Below, piece by piece: positions 43,487-52,154 of a DNA stretch of 64,000 nucleotides. Numbering within the stretch: position 1 is the first letter of the stretch; each line of letters opens with the position of its first letter. The notes beneath the pieces were generated by a model, which was given only the letters and a program-made list of their open reading frames with translations, made no database searches and was not told where the DNA came from. The stretch lies in the NCBI GenBank assembly GCA_041483195.1, contig JBGPFC010000018.1:8993-72992 (forward strand), given 5' to 3'. This DNA is from Candidatus Eiseniibacteriota bacterium (lineage in GTDB: Bacteria > Eisenbacteria > RBG-16-71-46). A program made the position numbers and the translations under genes.

Positions 43487-44023
43487 ATGGCGGATCACAC
43501 GCTCGCTCTGGTGCGCGCGCTGGCGTGCGCCGTCATTTACGCCGTGCTCTTCATCGGCTTCGTGCTCGTCTTCCTGCCCGGCGAGCTTCTCCAGTGGGCC
43601 GGCGTCACCCGGCCCTCGATCGGCGGCCCGCCTCAGGTCGTCGGCGCCGCGCTCGTGGGCCTCGGCGGCGCTCTCGTGGTGTGGTGCGTCGGAACGTTTG
43701 CCTTTGTCGGACGCGGCACGCCGGCGCCTTTCGACCCGCCGCGGCGACTCGTGGTCAGAGGACCCTATCGGTTCGTGCGCAACCCCATGTATTGGGGCGC
43801 GGGACTCGCGCTCTTCGGCGCGGCGCTCGTCTATCGGTCGGTCGTGCTCGCTGGGTACGCCCTGCTCTTCTTCGGCGCGGCTCATGTGTTCGTGCGCTGG
43901 TACGAGGAGCCGACCCTTCGGCAATTGTTCGGCTCGGAGTACGAGGAGTACTGCCGGCGGACACGACGCTGGTGGCCCGTTCGGCCGGTGCGTCGCGAGG
44001 ACGAGCGCCCCTCCCATCTGTGA
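43487..44023 (+). CDS. Isoprenylcysteine carboxyl methyltransferase (ICMT) / phospholipid methyltransferase family membrane protein
   Basis: GGAGGAGG upstream of ATG 43487. Signature RGPYRFVRNPMYWG. 4-5 TM. Confidence 0.8.
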   Translation: MADHTLALVRALACAVIYAVLFIGFVLVFLPGELLQWAGVTRPSIGGPPQVVGAALVGLGGALVVWCVGTFAFVGRGTPAPFDPPRRLVVRGPYRFVRNPMYWGAGLALFGAALVYRSVVLAGYALLFFGAAHVFVRWYEEPTLRQLFGSEYEEYCRRTRRWWPVRPVRREDERPSHL

Positions 44024-44148
44024 AATCTACTCAAAGAATCGGGCGCGCCGCGCCGCCGCGCGATCACATCCGGTATGGTTTCGGGAGACGCACGCGACGG
44101 CCACGGTCGCCCGGGCGCGAGCGCGACGCGAACCGAGGAGGAGCACCG

Positions 44149-44676
44149 ATGCGTTGTCTGTCGAGACGGAGTGTGGTGATCGCGGTTGCGGCCATGATGG
44201 GATTGGCGGCCTGCTGCGCGGCTCAGTCGAACAGCGAGCCTAGAACTCGTTCGGTGGACAGCAAGCCCAACGTCATGCCGGTCAAGCGCGCCTCGCCTGA
44301 ACCGGTCGCGCCGCCCTCACCCGGCGCGGGGAATCCGGCCCGCGAACAGATCAAGGTACTCGACGATCAGATCCGCGCGCTGCGCCAGGAGTTCAAGACC
44401 CAGGCCGATCCGCTCGAGGCTCAGCTCAAGGCGTTGCGCGACAAGCTCGACTCCGATCTGAAACCACTCGAGGCCCAGCGTCACGATCTGATCGAGCAGG
44501 GCGAGTCTCCAAATCTGCGAACGCTCGATGAGGAAGAGACCAGCCAGCTCGCCGCGCTCGCCGACAAGGAGAAGGCGGAGATCGCGAAGATCCACGAGAG
44601 CTACGCCGAGCAGAGGAACGCGCTGAAGCAAGGCTTCGAGCAGCGGCGTCGCGAGCTGCGGGGCGGGAAGAAGTAA
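44149..44676 (+). CDS. Periplasmic coiled-coil protein (Spy/CpxP-like)
   Basis: GGAGGAG upstream of ATG 44149. Signal peptide. Repeated helical heptads rich in Q/E/K/L. Confidence 0.6.
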   Translation: MRCLSRRSVVIAVAAMMGLAACCAAQSNSEPRTRSVDSKPNVMPVKRASPEPVAPPSPGAGNPAREQIKVLDDQIRALRQEFKTQADPLEAQLKALRDKLDSDLKPLEAQRHDLIEQGESPNLRTLDEEETSQLAALADKEKAEIAKIHESYAEQRNALKQGFEQRRRELRGGKK

Positions 44677-44684
44677 GGCGGGCT

Positions 44685-44725
44685 GCGGGCGCAAGTCCCT
44701 GGTGCGCCCGCTCTCATCGCTTTCG
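44685..44725 (+). terminator. Possible intrinsic terminator after the Spy-like gene
   Basis: 8-bp GC stem GCGGGCGC/GCGCCCGC with 11-nt loop, followed by a moderately U-rich tail. Confidence 0.35.
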
Positions 44726-44965
44726 GATCGGTCCCGAGAGGCCTCCGCTCGCCATCCGAAGCGTGCCGGCGGTCGGCGCACCGCTGGCGAGATCGCAGGA
44801 CGCGCGGCTCACATACGGCCGGAGCGCGCGCGGTCCTCGGCGAGAAATTTCGGAGATCGGAGGGCGGGCTGGCGGCGCGGCCGAACTTGTTCGGCGGCTC
44901 AGGGGTATGAGCCGGCAGGGTCGCCGCCAGGCCGCCCCGCGCAGTCCCCTTGCTGAGAGGCGCCG

Positions 44966-46966
44966 ATGAGGAGTCGTTGGGTCTCACACCTCGTGCCCGG
45001 CCTCCTGATGTGCGTCGCCGCGGGTGCGGGCGCGGCGCCGCCGCCCGATACGGCTTGGACGGCGGGCGGCATTCCGGTTTGCACGGCAGGTTCGACGCAG
45101 AGTGCGCCGGTCATGATTGCCGACGGCAGCGGCGGCGCCATCGTCGCGTGGGAAGACAACCGATTCGGTCTGTCCACGATCTTCACGCAGCGGCTGACGG
45201 GCGCGGGCATCGTGGCGGCGGGCTGGCCCGACAGCGGATTGGCGGCGGCCACGACGGCTGGGTATGACCCGTCGATTGCCGCAGACGGCGCGGGCGGGGC
45301 TCTCCTGATCTGGCGGGATGGAGAGCACGTCGTGTTCAAGCATCTCGGCTCGGACGGCCCGGTGTTTTCGAGCGCGGAGCTTTCGGCGCCAACGAGGATG
45401 ACCGGCGCGGCCGGCGGGCTCGCCGCGAATAAGATCGATCTCAGGTTCACGCCGGTCGCGATATCGGATGGGGGTGGCGGAGCGTTCGTCGCCTGGCAGT
45501 ACACCAACTTCTTCCGTGGATACATCGAGATCCAGCGTGTGACCTCGGGAGGCTTCGCGGCGCCCGGGTGGCCGCAACCGAGGACAATCGGCTGGACATA
45601 TTACGATGTGGTGCAGCCGCTGCTCAGTCCCGATGGCACGGGAGGCGTGCTTCTCTCCTGGCTGGATGACGCGGCGCACATGCGCATAGTGCGCATGACG
45701 GGTTCGGGGACCTTCGCGACCGGATGGGACACCCTCGGAGTCGTGATCTCGCCGTCTCCCAACACGCAAGACTCGCCGGGGATGGTGTCGGATGGCGCCG
45801 GGGGTGCGCTGCTCTTCTGGTCCGAAGCCCGCGGTGGGGGCGGTGCGCAGCTCTTCGCTCAGCACATCACCGGGGGCGGTGCGATCGCCGCGGGCTGGCC
45901 GGTGGCTGGACTTCTCGTGTGCGGACAGAACACCGCGGCGGGTCAGGTTAGAAATGGCGAGTGGCTGGCGACCTACACGTCAGTCGCTTCAGATGGTGCG
46001 GGCGGGGCCTTCGTCACATGGAGCGACCAGCGCGCCGACACGGGAGATGTCTACGCGCAGCACGTCCGGTCCGGTGGGTCCATCGCTCCGGGCTGGGCCG
46101 CCGACGGCGTGGCCGTGTGCACCGCAGCAGGGCTTCAGGGGCATCCGGATCTCGAAGCCGACGGTGAGGGAATCATCGTCGTGTGGGAGGACCAGCGCGC
46201 GGGTGGCGCACCCGACCTCTACGCGCAGCGCATCACGACGGCCGGGCTGGCGGATGCGCTGTGGCCGAAGAATGGAACCGCCGTGTGCTCCGAGCCGCAC
46301 GACCAGCTTGTTCCGAGGATAGCTTCGGATGGTGCGCTCGGGGCCATCGTGGCCTGGGAGGACGATCGCGGGCCTGCGCCCCGGGTCTACGCAGGTCGAA
46401 TCTTCGGCGACGGCCTGGTGGCCGTGGAGATGTCGCTGATCAGCGCCGAGGTCGGTGACGGGCTTGCGCGGCTCACGTGGTACGTCAACGCTCCGACCGG
46501 AACACCGGTGACGGTGGAGCGTCGAGCCGATGATCGGGAATGGGTGACGCTGGCGCGTGAGGCCGTGGACGCGAGCGGGCGGGTGATGTTCGAGGACAGG
46601 ACCATCGTCGCAGGTGAGCGCTACGGTTACCGGATCGCCGCTCCCGACGCCGAGGGGCTCCGCTATTCGGCGGAGACGCTGCTCGAGATCCCATTGAACC
46701 CAACGCTCGACCTGTCGCGGATTATGCCCAATCCATCAGCGGGCGACGTCTCCATTCAGTTCACTCTGCCCGACGCCCGGCCTGCCCAACTCGAGATCAT
46801 GGATGTCGTCGGCCGATTGTTGGAGAGACACGACGTCGCCTCGCTCGGGCCTGGACGGCACGTGCTGTCACGGAATGGCGAACGTGCCTTGCCCGCCGGC
46901 ACTTATTTCGTACGACTTCGTCACGGATCGTCCACGCGGGTTCGTCGGTTCGCGATCGTGCGGTGA
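44966..46966 (+). CDS. Secreted protein built from about 8 tandem 50-aa repeats (consensus DGxGGAxxxWxDxR ... AxGWP) with C-terminal T9SS sorting domain
   Basis: 666 aa with signal peptide. Repeats can be read directly (ADGSGGAIVAWEDNR, ADGAGGALLIWRDGE, SDGGGGAFVAWQY, SDGAGGALLFWSEAR, SDGAGGAFVTWSDQR, ADGEGIIVVWEDQR, SDGALGAIVAWEDDR). The last about 85 aa match the T9SS CTD (MPNPSAGDVSIQFTLP...GTYFVRLRHG...RRFAIVR). Confidence 0.8.
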   Translation: MRSRWVSHLVPGLLMCVAAGAGAAPPPDTAWTAGGIPVCTAGSTQSAPVMIADGSGGAIVAWEDNRFGLSTIFTQRLTGAGIVAAGWPDSGLAAATTAGYDPSIAADGAGGALLIWRDGEHVVFKHLGSDGPVFSSAELSAPTRMTGAAGGLAANKIDLRFTPVAISDGGGGAFVAWQYTNFFRGYIEIQRVTSGGFAAPGWPQPRTIGWTYYDVVQPLLSPDGTGGVLLSWLDDAAHMRIVRMTGSGTFATGWDTLGVVISPSPNTQDSPGMVSDGAGGALLFWSEARGGGGAQLFAQHITGGGAIAAGWPVAGLLVCGQNTAAGQVRNGEWLATYTSVASDGAGGAFVTWSDQRADTGDVYAQHVRSGGSIAPGWAADGVAVCTAAGLQGHPDLEADGEGIIVVWEDQRAGGAPDLYAQRITTAGLADALWPKNGTAVCSEPHDQLVPRIASDGALGAIVAWEDDRGPAPRVYAGRIFGDGLVAVEMSLISAEVGDGLARLTWYVNAPTGTPVTVERRADDREWVTLAREAVDASGRVMFEDRTIVAGERYGYRIAAPDAEGLRYSAETLLEIPLNPTLDLSRIMPNPSAGDVSIQFTLPDARPAQLEIMDVVGRLLERHDVASLGPGRHVLSRNGERALPAGTYFVRLRHGSSTRVRRFAIVR

Positions 46967-47075
46967 ACTGGGATGATCGTCGGTGACGGCGTGCTTCGTG
47001 TCGCGACCAGGCCGCGGACGGGCCACGGAATGAGCCATCGGCCCGTCGGGGCGCGCCCGAAAACTTGAGGACCCA

Positions 47076-47897
47076 ATGCTGACGAAGACTCCATTTCGAC
47101 TGGTGGGCGGCGATCAGCCGCTGATCGTCGTTGCGGCGCGGTTCAACGGATCGGAGCCCATCGACTGCGCGCTCGACACCGGAGCGAGTCACGCCGTGCT
47201 GCTTCCAGAAATCGGTCACCGCCTCGGCCTCGAGATCGAAGGGACGCGACAGGCCCACGGCGCGGCGGGCTCGATGCGCGTGGAGATGGCAAAGGCCGAA
47301 TCGATTGCTCTGGGCGATGCCGTGGTTCACGGCGTCTCGGTGCTCATGAGCGATGACTTGCGACGCATCGGCGAGGCGATCGGACACCCGCTCGGCGGAT
47401 GCATCGGGTTCAGCTTCCTCGAGCGCTTCCGCGTGAGCGTGGACTACGCGGGACTGACGCTGACGCTTTCCACGCCGGACGAGGCCGGCGATACCGGGCC
47501 CGCCCGCGTGGAACTTCCCTTCACGCTCGCCCATCCCTCGAAGCCGCTCGTCCTTCTGCCCGTGAAGGTCGACGGCCATGAGTTTCGATTCGCCCTCGAT
47601 ACCGGCGCGAGCACGACCGTCGTCTCGCCCGAGCTCGCCCGGCGATGCGAGCTGGCGTCGACCGCGATGCCGAGCATGACCGGAGGGGGCGGCACCGTGG
47701 CCGCGAGCTCGGCGCTGATCCAGTCGCTCCAGATCGGAGGCGTGCGCATCTCACGCGTGCGCGTGGCCGTCGCGGAGTTTCTCGAGATGCTCAGCCGGGC
47801 GACGGGCGTCGGCATCGACGGGATTCTGGGAACCAACGTGCTGCGGCGGTTTACGCTGACGATCGACTATCCGGGGAAGATCGTTCGGCTCGCGTAG
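47076..47897 (+). CDS. Retropepsin-like (clan AA) aspartic protease with two tandem domains, each carrying a DTGAS active-site motif
   Basis: 273 aa. LDTGASHAVLL near the N-terminus and LDTGASTTVVS about 150 aa later. No signal peptide. Confidence 0.8.
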   Translation: MLTKTPFRLVGGDQPLIVVAARFNGSEPIDCALDTGASHAVLLPEIGHRLGLEIEGTRQAHGAAGSMRVEMAKAESIALGDAVVHGVSVLMSDDLRRIGEAIGHPLGGCIGFSFLERFRVSVDYAGLTLTLSTPDEAGDTGPARVELPFTLAHPSKPLVLLPVKVDGHEFRFALDTGASTTVVSPELARRCELASTAMPSMTGGGGTVAASSALIQSLQIGGVRISRVRVAVAEFLEMLSRATGVGIDGILGTNVLRRFTLTIDYPGKIVRLA

Positions 47898-47959
47898 GCG
47901 ATCGCGCCCCGCCGGCAGCGACGTCGTCGCCCCGCGTCGGGGTCGCCGCGATGCACGGA

Positions 47960-48598
47960 TCAGCGATACAGCGCCTTGATCGCTCCCCAGGTGGTCGTCA
48001 CCGTCGGCGTCAGGATCGGCACCGAGCTCACGCGCGCCGCGCTCGGGAACGAGATCGCGAATTCGCTGGGCCCGCCGAGCGTGACGTTCGCGAAGATGGT
48101 GAACTGGGCGACGTCGCCGCCCATGGTCATCGTCACGTCGAAGGAGACGGGGCCCGCGTAGGTGTTGGTCCCGGTCCTCGAGATCATGAACGCGACCACC
48201 TGCTCGGGCTGGGTGTTCCGCAGCGTCTCTCCGGCATGGAGCAGGCTCGTCAGCACCACATTCGGTGCCAGCACGCTGCCAACCGCCTCGTTCGGATGAA
48301 TGGGAGCGACCGGGGGGCCGGGATTGTTGATGAGCACGTAGAGGCTCATCTCGGGGCGAGATGAGATCGCGCTGAACGTCGTGCCGAAGAACTCGGCGGC
48401 GCCGATGTCGGTCGCGCCCTTGTTGACGACGAGCCCGAACCCATAGGCGGTCAGCATGATTCCGCACCCGTTCGGGCAGAGCGTGGTGTCGACGTGGTCC
48501 GTATAGATGAGGTCGAAGGTGGCGGATCGCGTGGGCGACGCGAGGGTGCAGGCGCAGAGCAGGACCATCAGTGCCGGAATCAGAATGCGACGAATCAT
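47960..48598 (-). CDS. Secreted hypothetical protein ending in the C-terminal motif TTWGAIKALYR
   Basis: GAGGAG upstream of ATG 48598. Signal peptide MIRRILIPALMVLLCAC. 212 aa. Confidence 0.7.
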   Translation of the reverse strand: MIRRILIPALMVLLCACTLASPTRSATFDLIYTDHVDTTLCPNGCGIMLTAYGFGLVVNKGATDIGAAEFFGTTFSAISSRPEMSLYVLINNPGPPVAPIHPNEAVGSVLAPNVVLTSLLHAGETLRNTQPEQVVAFMISRTGTNTYAGPVSFDVTMTMGGDVAQFTIFANVTLGGPSEFAISFPSAARVSSVPILTPTVTTTWGAIKALYR

Positions 48599-48727
48599 GT
48601 GATGCTCCTCACGCCCCGGTCGGGCATGTGACGCAACCCGGAATCGCTCCCCCGCGTGCGCACGGCGGGCGGCGACTCGCGTGAGCAAGTTTGCACCCGC
48701 CGCGGGGCCCGGGCCAAGGGCATTTCA

Positions 48728-50719
48728 TCACTCCCGCACGAACTCCACCCCGCGCTCCGCCTCCCCACCCGACACCAGATCCTTGACGTGCACGCTCACG
48801 CGGTAGCGCCCGGCGGGCAGTAACGCCGTCGCCACGCGCAGGAACTGCCGCCGCATCGCTCCGACCTGCGTCTCCTCGCGCGAGGCCCAGGTGCCGACCG
48901 GCGGGCGCCGCTCGGCGGCGGCTCGCGCCTTCGCGCTCGATTCGTCGGCGAGCCGCCGCACGTCGTAGGTGTACTGGAAGCGCGCCATGCCATCCGCGCC
49001 GGTCGCGAGGCGGTAGATCTCGAAGTACGCGACCAGCGGCGCGCGCCCGGCGACGCGCGAATCCATATTCGCCTCGATGCGCACCGCGCCCTGCGCCGCG
49101 TACTGCGATGGGTCGCCGCAGCACAACACCAGATCGCTGAGCGCGAGCGCGGAGGGCGGCGCCGGCATCGCGACCTGGCGTCGGAACACGCCGCGATGCC
49201 GGTGCGCGTCGCGCACCGAGAACGTCACGTCGAAGCGCCCCGCCGGAAGGTCGGCGTCGAACTCGGCGAGGCGGCTCTCGCCGGGATCGCACGCCGACAC
49301 CGCGAGCGACTGCTCGCCGCGCGTCACCTCGTGGCCCGCGGTGTCGATCACCACCCAGCGCGCCGAAAGCGTGTCGCCGGGCCCGCCCGGCGCGCGCACC
49401 TGCGCGAGCAGTCGCGGCCCGCGCGCGCCCTCGAAGCGCGACACCACGCCGCGCACCTCGAGCCGCTGCGCGCGCGGCGGCAGCGTTGGGAACACCGAAG
49501 CCCCACCGCCGATCGAGAGCAGGTCACCGCGCGCGGCGAGCACGCGCGGATCGGGAATCGTGCCCGGGATGAACTCGCGCGTCACGGGCTGCGTGTACAC
49601 GCCGGTGAGCGATCGATCGTGGAGCAGGATCCGCATGCCCAGCTCCGGGTACTCCCACACCTCCGCGTCCAGCGGGTACCCCGCGAAGCTGTCCTGCCGC
49701 CCGGTGCGCAGCACGTTGGGCTTGAAGATGAGCGACACCCCGGGCGGATTGCGCAGCACGCGGCGGGGCGGCCCGTAGCGCATGTACGTCTCCGCGCGCG
49801 CGTCGAGCCCGGGATGGAGCGGATCGAAGAACACGAAGTACGCGTGCGCGATCCGCGACCAGCACTCGAGCTGCACCTCGTTGGCGGCGGTCGTGGGGTC
49901 GGGATCGAGCGGCGCGAACAGCGCGAGGCCCGCGGCGGTCGCGGTGGGCTCCTCGGCCGCCGCGCTCTCGGGCGGCGCGGCATGCGCGGCGCCGTCGAGT
50001 TGGGCGGGATCATCAGCGCTGTCGCCGTCGCGCGGCCGCGGCGCGTTGAGAATGCGCGTGGGGTCGTCGAACAGCGCGCGCAGGTCGGGCGCGAGGCGTG
50101 GAATCGCGGCGCGGAACAGGCTGTCGGCGAGCTCGATCTCGCCGAGCCGGAACGCGAGGTAGGCCACGGCGAGCGGCGCCTCCGCGCGGCGCGGCCGCCC
50201 GGCGAGCGCGTTGGCCGCGGCGTTCGCGGCGCCGGGGAGCTCGCCGTGCTCGTAGCGCAGCGGCACGAGCCGCAGCCAGCCCTCGCTCCCGTAGGGGCGC
50301 AGGTGGGTCACGGTGTCGAGCTGTTCGATCGCGTGAGCGAGCGCGAGCGTGTCGAGCGTGCGCAGCCATTCGCGCTTCCACGCCATCGCGAGTCGCGTTC
50401 GCGTCTCCGGCTCCTCGGGCGCGAGGCGGATCGCATGCTCGAAGCTCTCGCGCGCGAGCCGCTCGTGATTGCCGACCTCCTGGAGCCGGCCGAGCACCAT
50501 CCAGTGCCCGGGATCGGCGGGCTCGAGGCGGATCGCCTCCTCGATGTTGCGCATCGCGCGCTCGCGGTCCTCGACCGAGGTCTCGGCGCCATCGAGCGCC
50601 GCGCGCGCCCAGCGATCGAGCATGCTCGCGCGCGGCGGCGGGGCGTCGGCCGTCGAGGGCGTCAGGGCGAGGATCGTGGTGAGAACGAATGGAACAAGGA
50701 TCGCGAGTGCGCGGCGCAC
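48728..50719 (-). CDS. Secreted TPR-repeat protein with GWxTD-like C-terminal domain
   Basis: GTG 50719 gives signal peptide MRRALAILVPFVLTTILALTPSTADA. N-terminal TPR-like helices. ARAETYMRYGPPRRV matches the GWxTD-domain core (TDRGRVYIRYGEPD-like). Confidence 0.75.
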   Translation of the reverse strand: MRRALAILVPFVLTTILALTPSTADAPPPRASMLDRWARAALDGAETSVEDRERAMRNIEEAIRLEPADPGHWMVLGRLQEVGNHERLARESFEHAIRLAPEEPETRTRLAMAWKREWLRTLDTLALAHAIEQLDTVTHLRPYGSEGWLRLVPLRYEHGELPGAANAAANALAGRPRRAEAPLAVAYLAFRLGEIELADSLFRAAIPRLAPDLRALFDDPTRILNAPRPRDGDSADDPAQLDGAAHAAPPESAAAEEPTATAAGLALFAPLDPDPTTAANEVQLECWSRIAHAYFVFFDPLHPGLDARAETYMRYGPPRRVLRNPPGVSLIFKPNVLRTGRQDSFAGYPLDAEVWEYPELGMRILLHDRSLTGVYTQPVTREFIPGTIPDPRVLAARGDLLSIGGGASVFPTLPPRAQRLEVRGVVSRFEGARGPRLLAQVRAPGGPGDTLSARWVVIDTAGHEVTRGEQSLAVSACDPGESRLAEFDADLPAGRFDVTFSVRDAHRHRGVFRRQVAMPAPPSALALSDLVLCCGDPSQYAAQGAVRIEANMDSRVAGRAPLVAYFEIYRLATGADGMARFQYTYDVRRLADESSAKARAAAERRPPVGTWASREETQVGAMRRQFLRVATALLPAGRYRVSVHVKDLVSGGEAERGVEFVRE

Positions 50720-51043
50720 GCGGAGTTCTCTCGTGGTGGGTCGCCCGGCCGGGCGTGCTGCGACGCGCAGAATAGCAGAGCTCGGGTTGGCCCGACCGCG
50801 GTTGGGATCACAAGGACAGCAGGACAGGGCCGAGCGAATTCTCGAAGCGGCACAACGTATTCCAGCGGAAAATGGGGATACATGGCAGTGGCAGGTAAGG
50901 ATCTGCGCATAGGATCGAGCAAGACATGCGCCATAAGTTGCATTGATCCGCCATAGAGTTATTTGGGAGTCTGATGGGAGTGAATCGTGAGCGAGTTCGT
51001 CGATCACCCACCCTCTGCTCGCATTTTCTGGGAGGAGTTCACC

Positions 51044-51919
51044 GTGAGAAAGATGCTGATCACCCTACTTCTCGTGGCTTGTCACGCTGGGATCTCCGCG
51101 GCCGGGGTTGGGCCCAGCAAGCTGCCAACGGATGACCCTCCGCCTCTCCTCGCAAACCCAGGCGGCGGTTTTGTCCTCCCCTCGATCACGTCAACTTGGA
51201 ACGGCGGCCCAACAAGCCTTGCCTACAACAACGGTACGTCGTCCGAGACACTGGTAAGTCAGGCGCTGTCCATCGCCGGAGTTCAGCAGGTGATGAGTGC
51301 GCTAGCCGCGCGCGGATACATACGCCGCGCCGATGCGGATACGGGATTCACGGGTACGGGCCGCTCCACGGTCATCCTCGCGTTTGAGAAACCGGGCGTC
51401 CCGCCGGCCGAGCAGCAGCCGTTCGTTTATGTCTCCTCGTTCGCGATTTACCGGCAAGACTGGGGCGGGTACATTCCGGTGACGATGGTCATGGGGGGCT
51501 CGGCCTCAGACTCCGCGGGCTACCCCGTCTACAGGTCTGATCCGACCATGCCGCCAGTCGGGCTCGTGTCCATCGTGAACACGGCTTTCACGGATGGCGT
51601 CGCCGGAGTAGAGAACGAGGGCGAGGTGTACGCGTTTGCCTACTCCATCCAACCGTGGATGTACGATCCCGGCTCTCCCGTGGGAATTACCTTCGTTCAT
51701 AACGAGCCTCGTTCCGATGTCGATGAGGCTATTTGGTGGGCCGGATACGGTGACGCCGTCACTAAGGGCGCTCTCGTGGGAGGAATCAGTGGTGGTATCT
51801 GGGGGGCAGCACGTGGCGGAGCCCCAGGCATACTTCCGGGCGCACTTTGGGGGGCTTTCTCCGGGGCGAGTACGGCGGCCATGATGTATCAGCTCCGCAA
51901 CCCGTATCCCGAGAGGTGA
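51044..51919 (+). CDS. Hypothetical secreted protein with C-terminal glycine-zipper membrane anchor
   Basis: GGAGGAG 6 nt upstream of GTG 51044 (MRKMLITLLLVACHAGISAAG). The C-terminus GALVGGISGGIWGAARGGAPGILPGALWGAFSG has a GxxxG-zipper pattern. GC is about 60%, lower than the flanking regions. Confidence 0.6.
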   Translation: MRKMLITLLLVACHAGISAAGVGPSKLPTDDPPPLLANPGGGFVLPSITSTWNGGPTSLAYNNGTSSETLVSQALSIAGVQQVMSALAARGYIRRADADTGFTGTGRSTVILAFEKPGVPPAEQQPFVYVSSFAIYRQDWGGYIPVTMVMGGSASDSAGYPVYRSDPTMPPVGLVSIVNTAFTDGVAGVENEGEVYAFAYSIQPWMYDPGSPVGITFVHNEPRSDVDEAIWWAGYGDAVTKGALVGGISGGIWGAARGGAPGILPGALWGAFSGASTAAMMYQLRNPYPER

Positions 51920-51923
51920 GATC

Positions 51924-52154
51924 TTGCGCTCCGTGGTGATGTGCATTGTGATATCGGCGGTCGCCGCAATTGGCTGGTGGTGGATCTCGCAGAGTCCGGT
52001 AGTTGCCGGGATTTCATTCGGGGTCGGCGTTTGGTCGTCGGTGACAACACCAAGGGAAGAGAGAACCGCGGTGATTCTCGTTGCCTCACCGGTGGTGCCG
52101 GGATTCATTGCGGCGATTCTCGAGTCACTGCTGTGGAAGGGTGGACCGCACTAG
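51924..52154 (+). CDS. Possible small membrane protein (76 aa)
   Basis: Two hydrophobic helices. It overlaps the 3' end of the convergent ABC-2/M1 gene by 30 nt. Low confidence. Confidence 0.3.
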   Translation: MRSVVMCIVISAVAAIGWWWISQSPVVAGISFGVGVWSSVTTPREERTAVILVASPVVPGFIAAILESLLWKGGPH

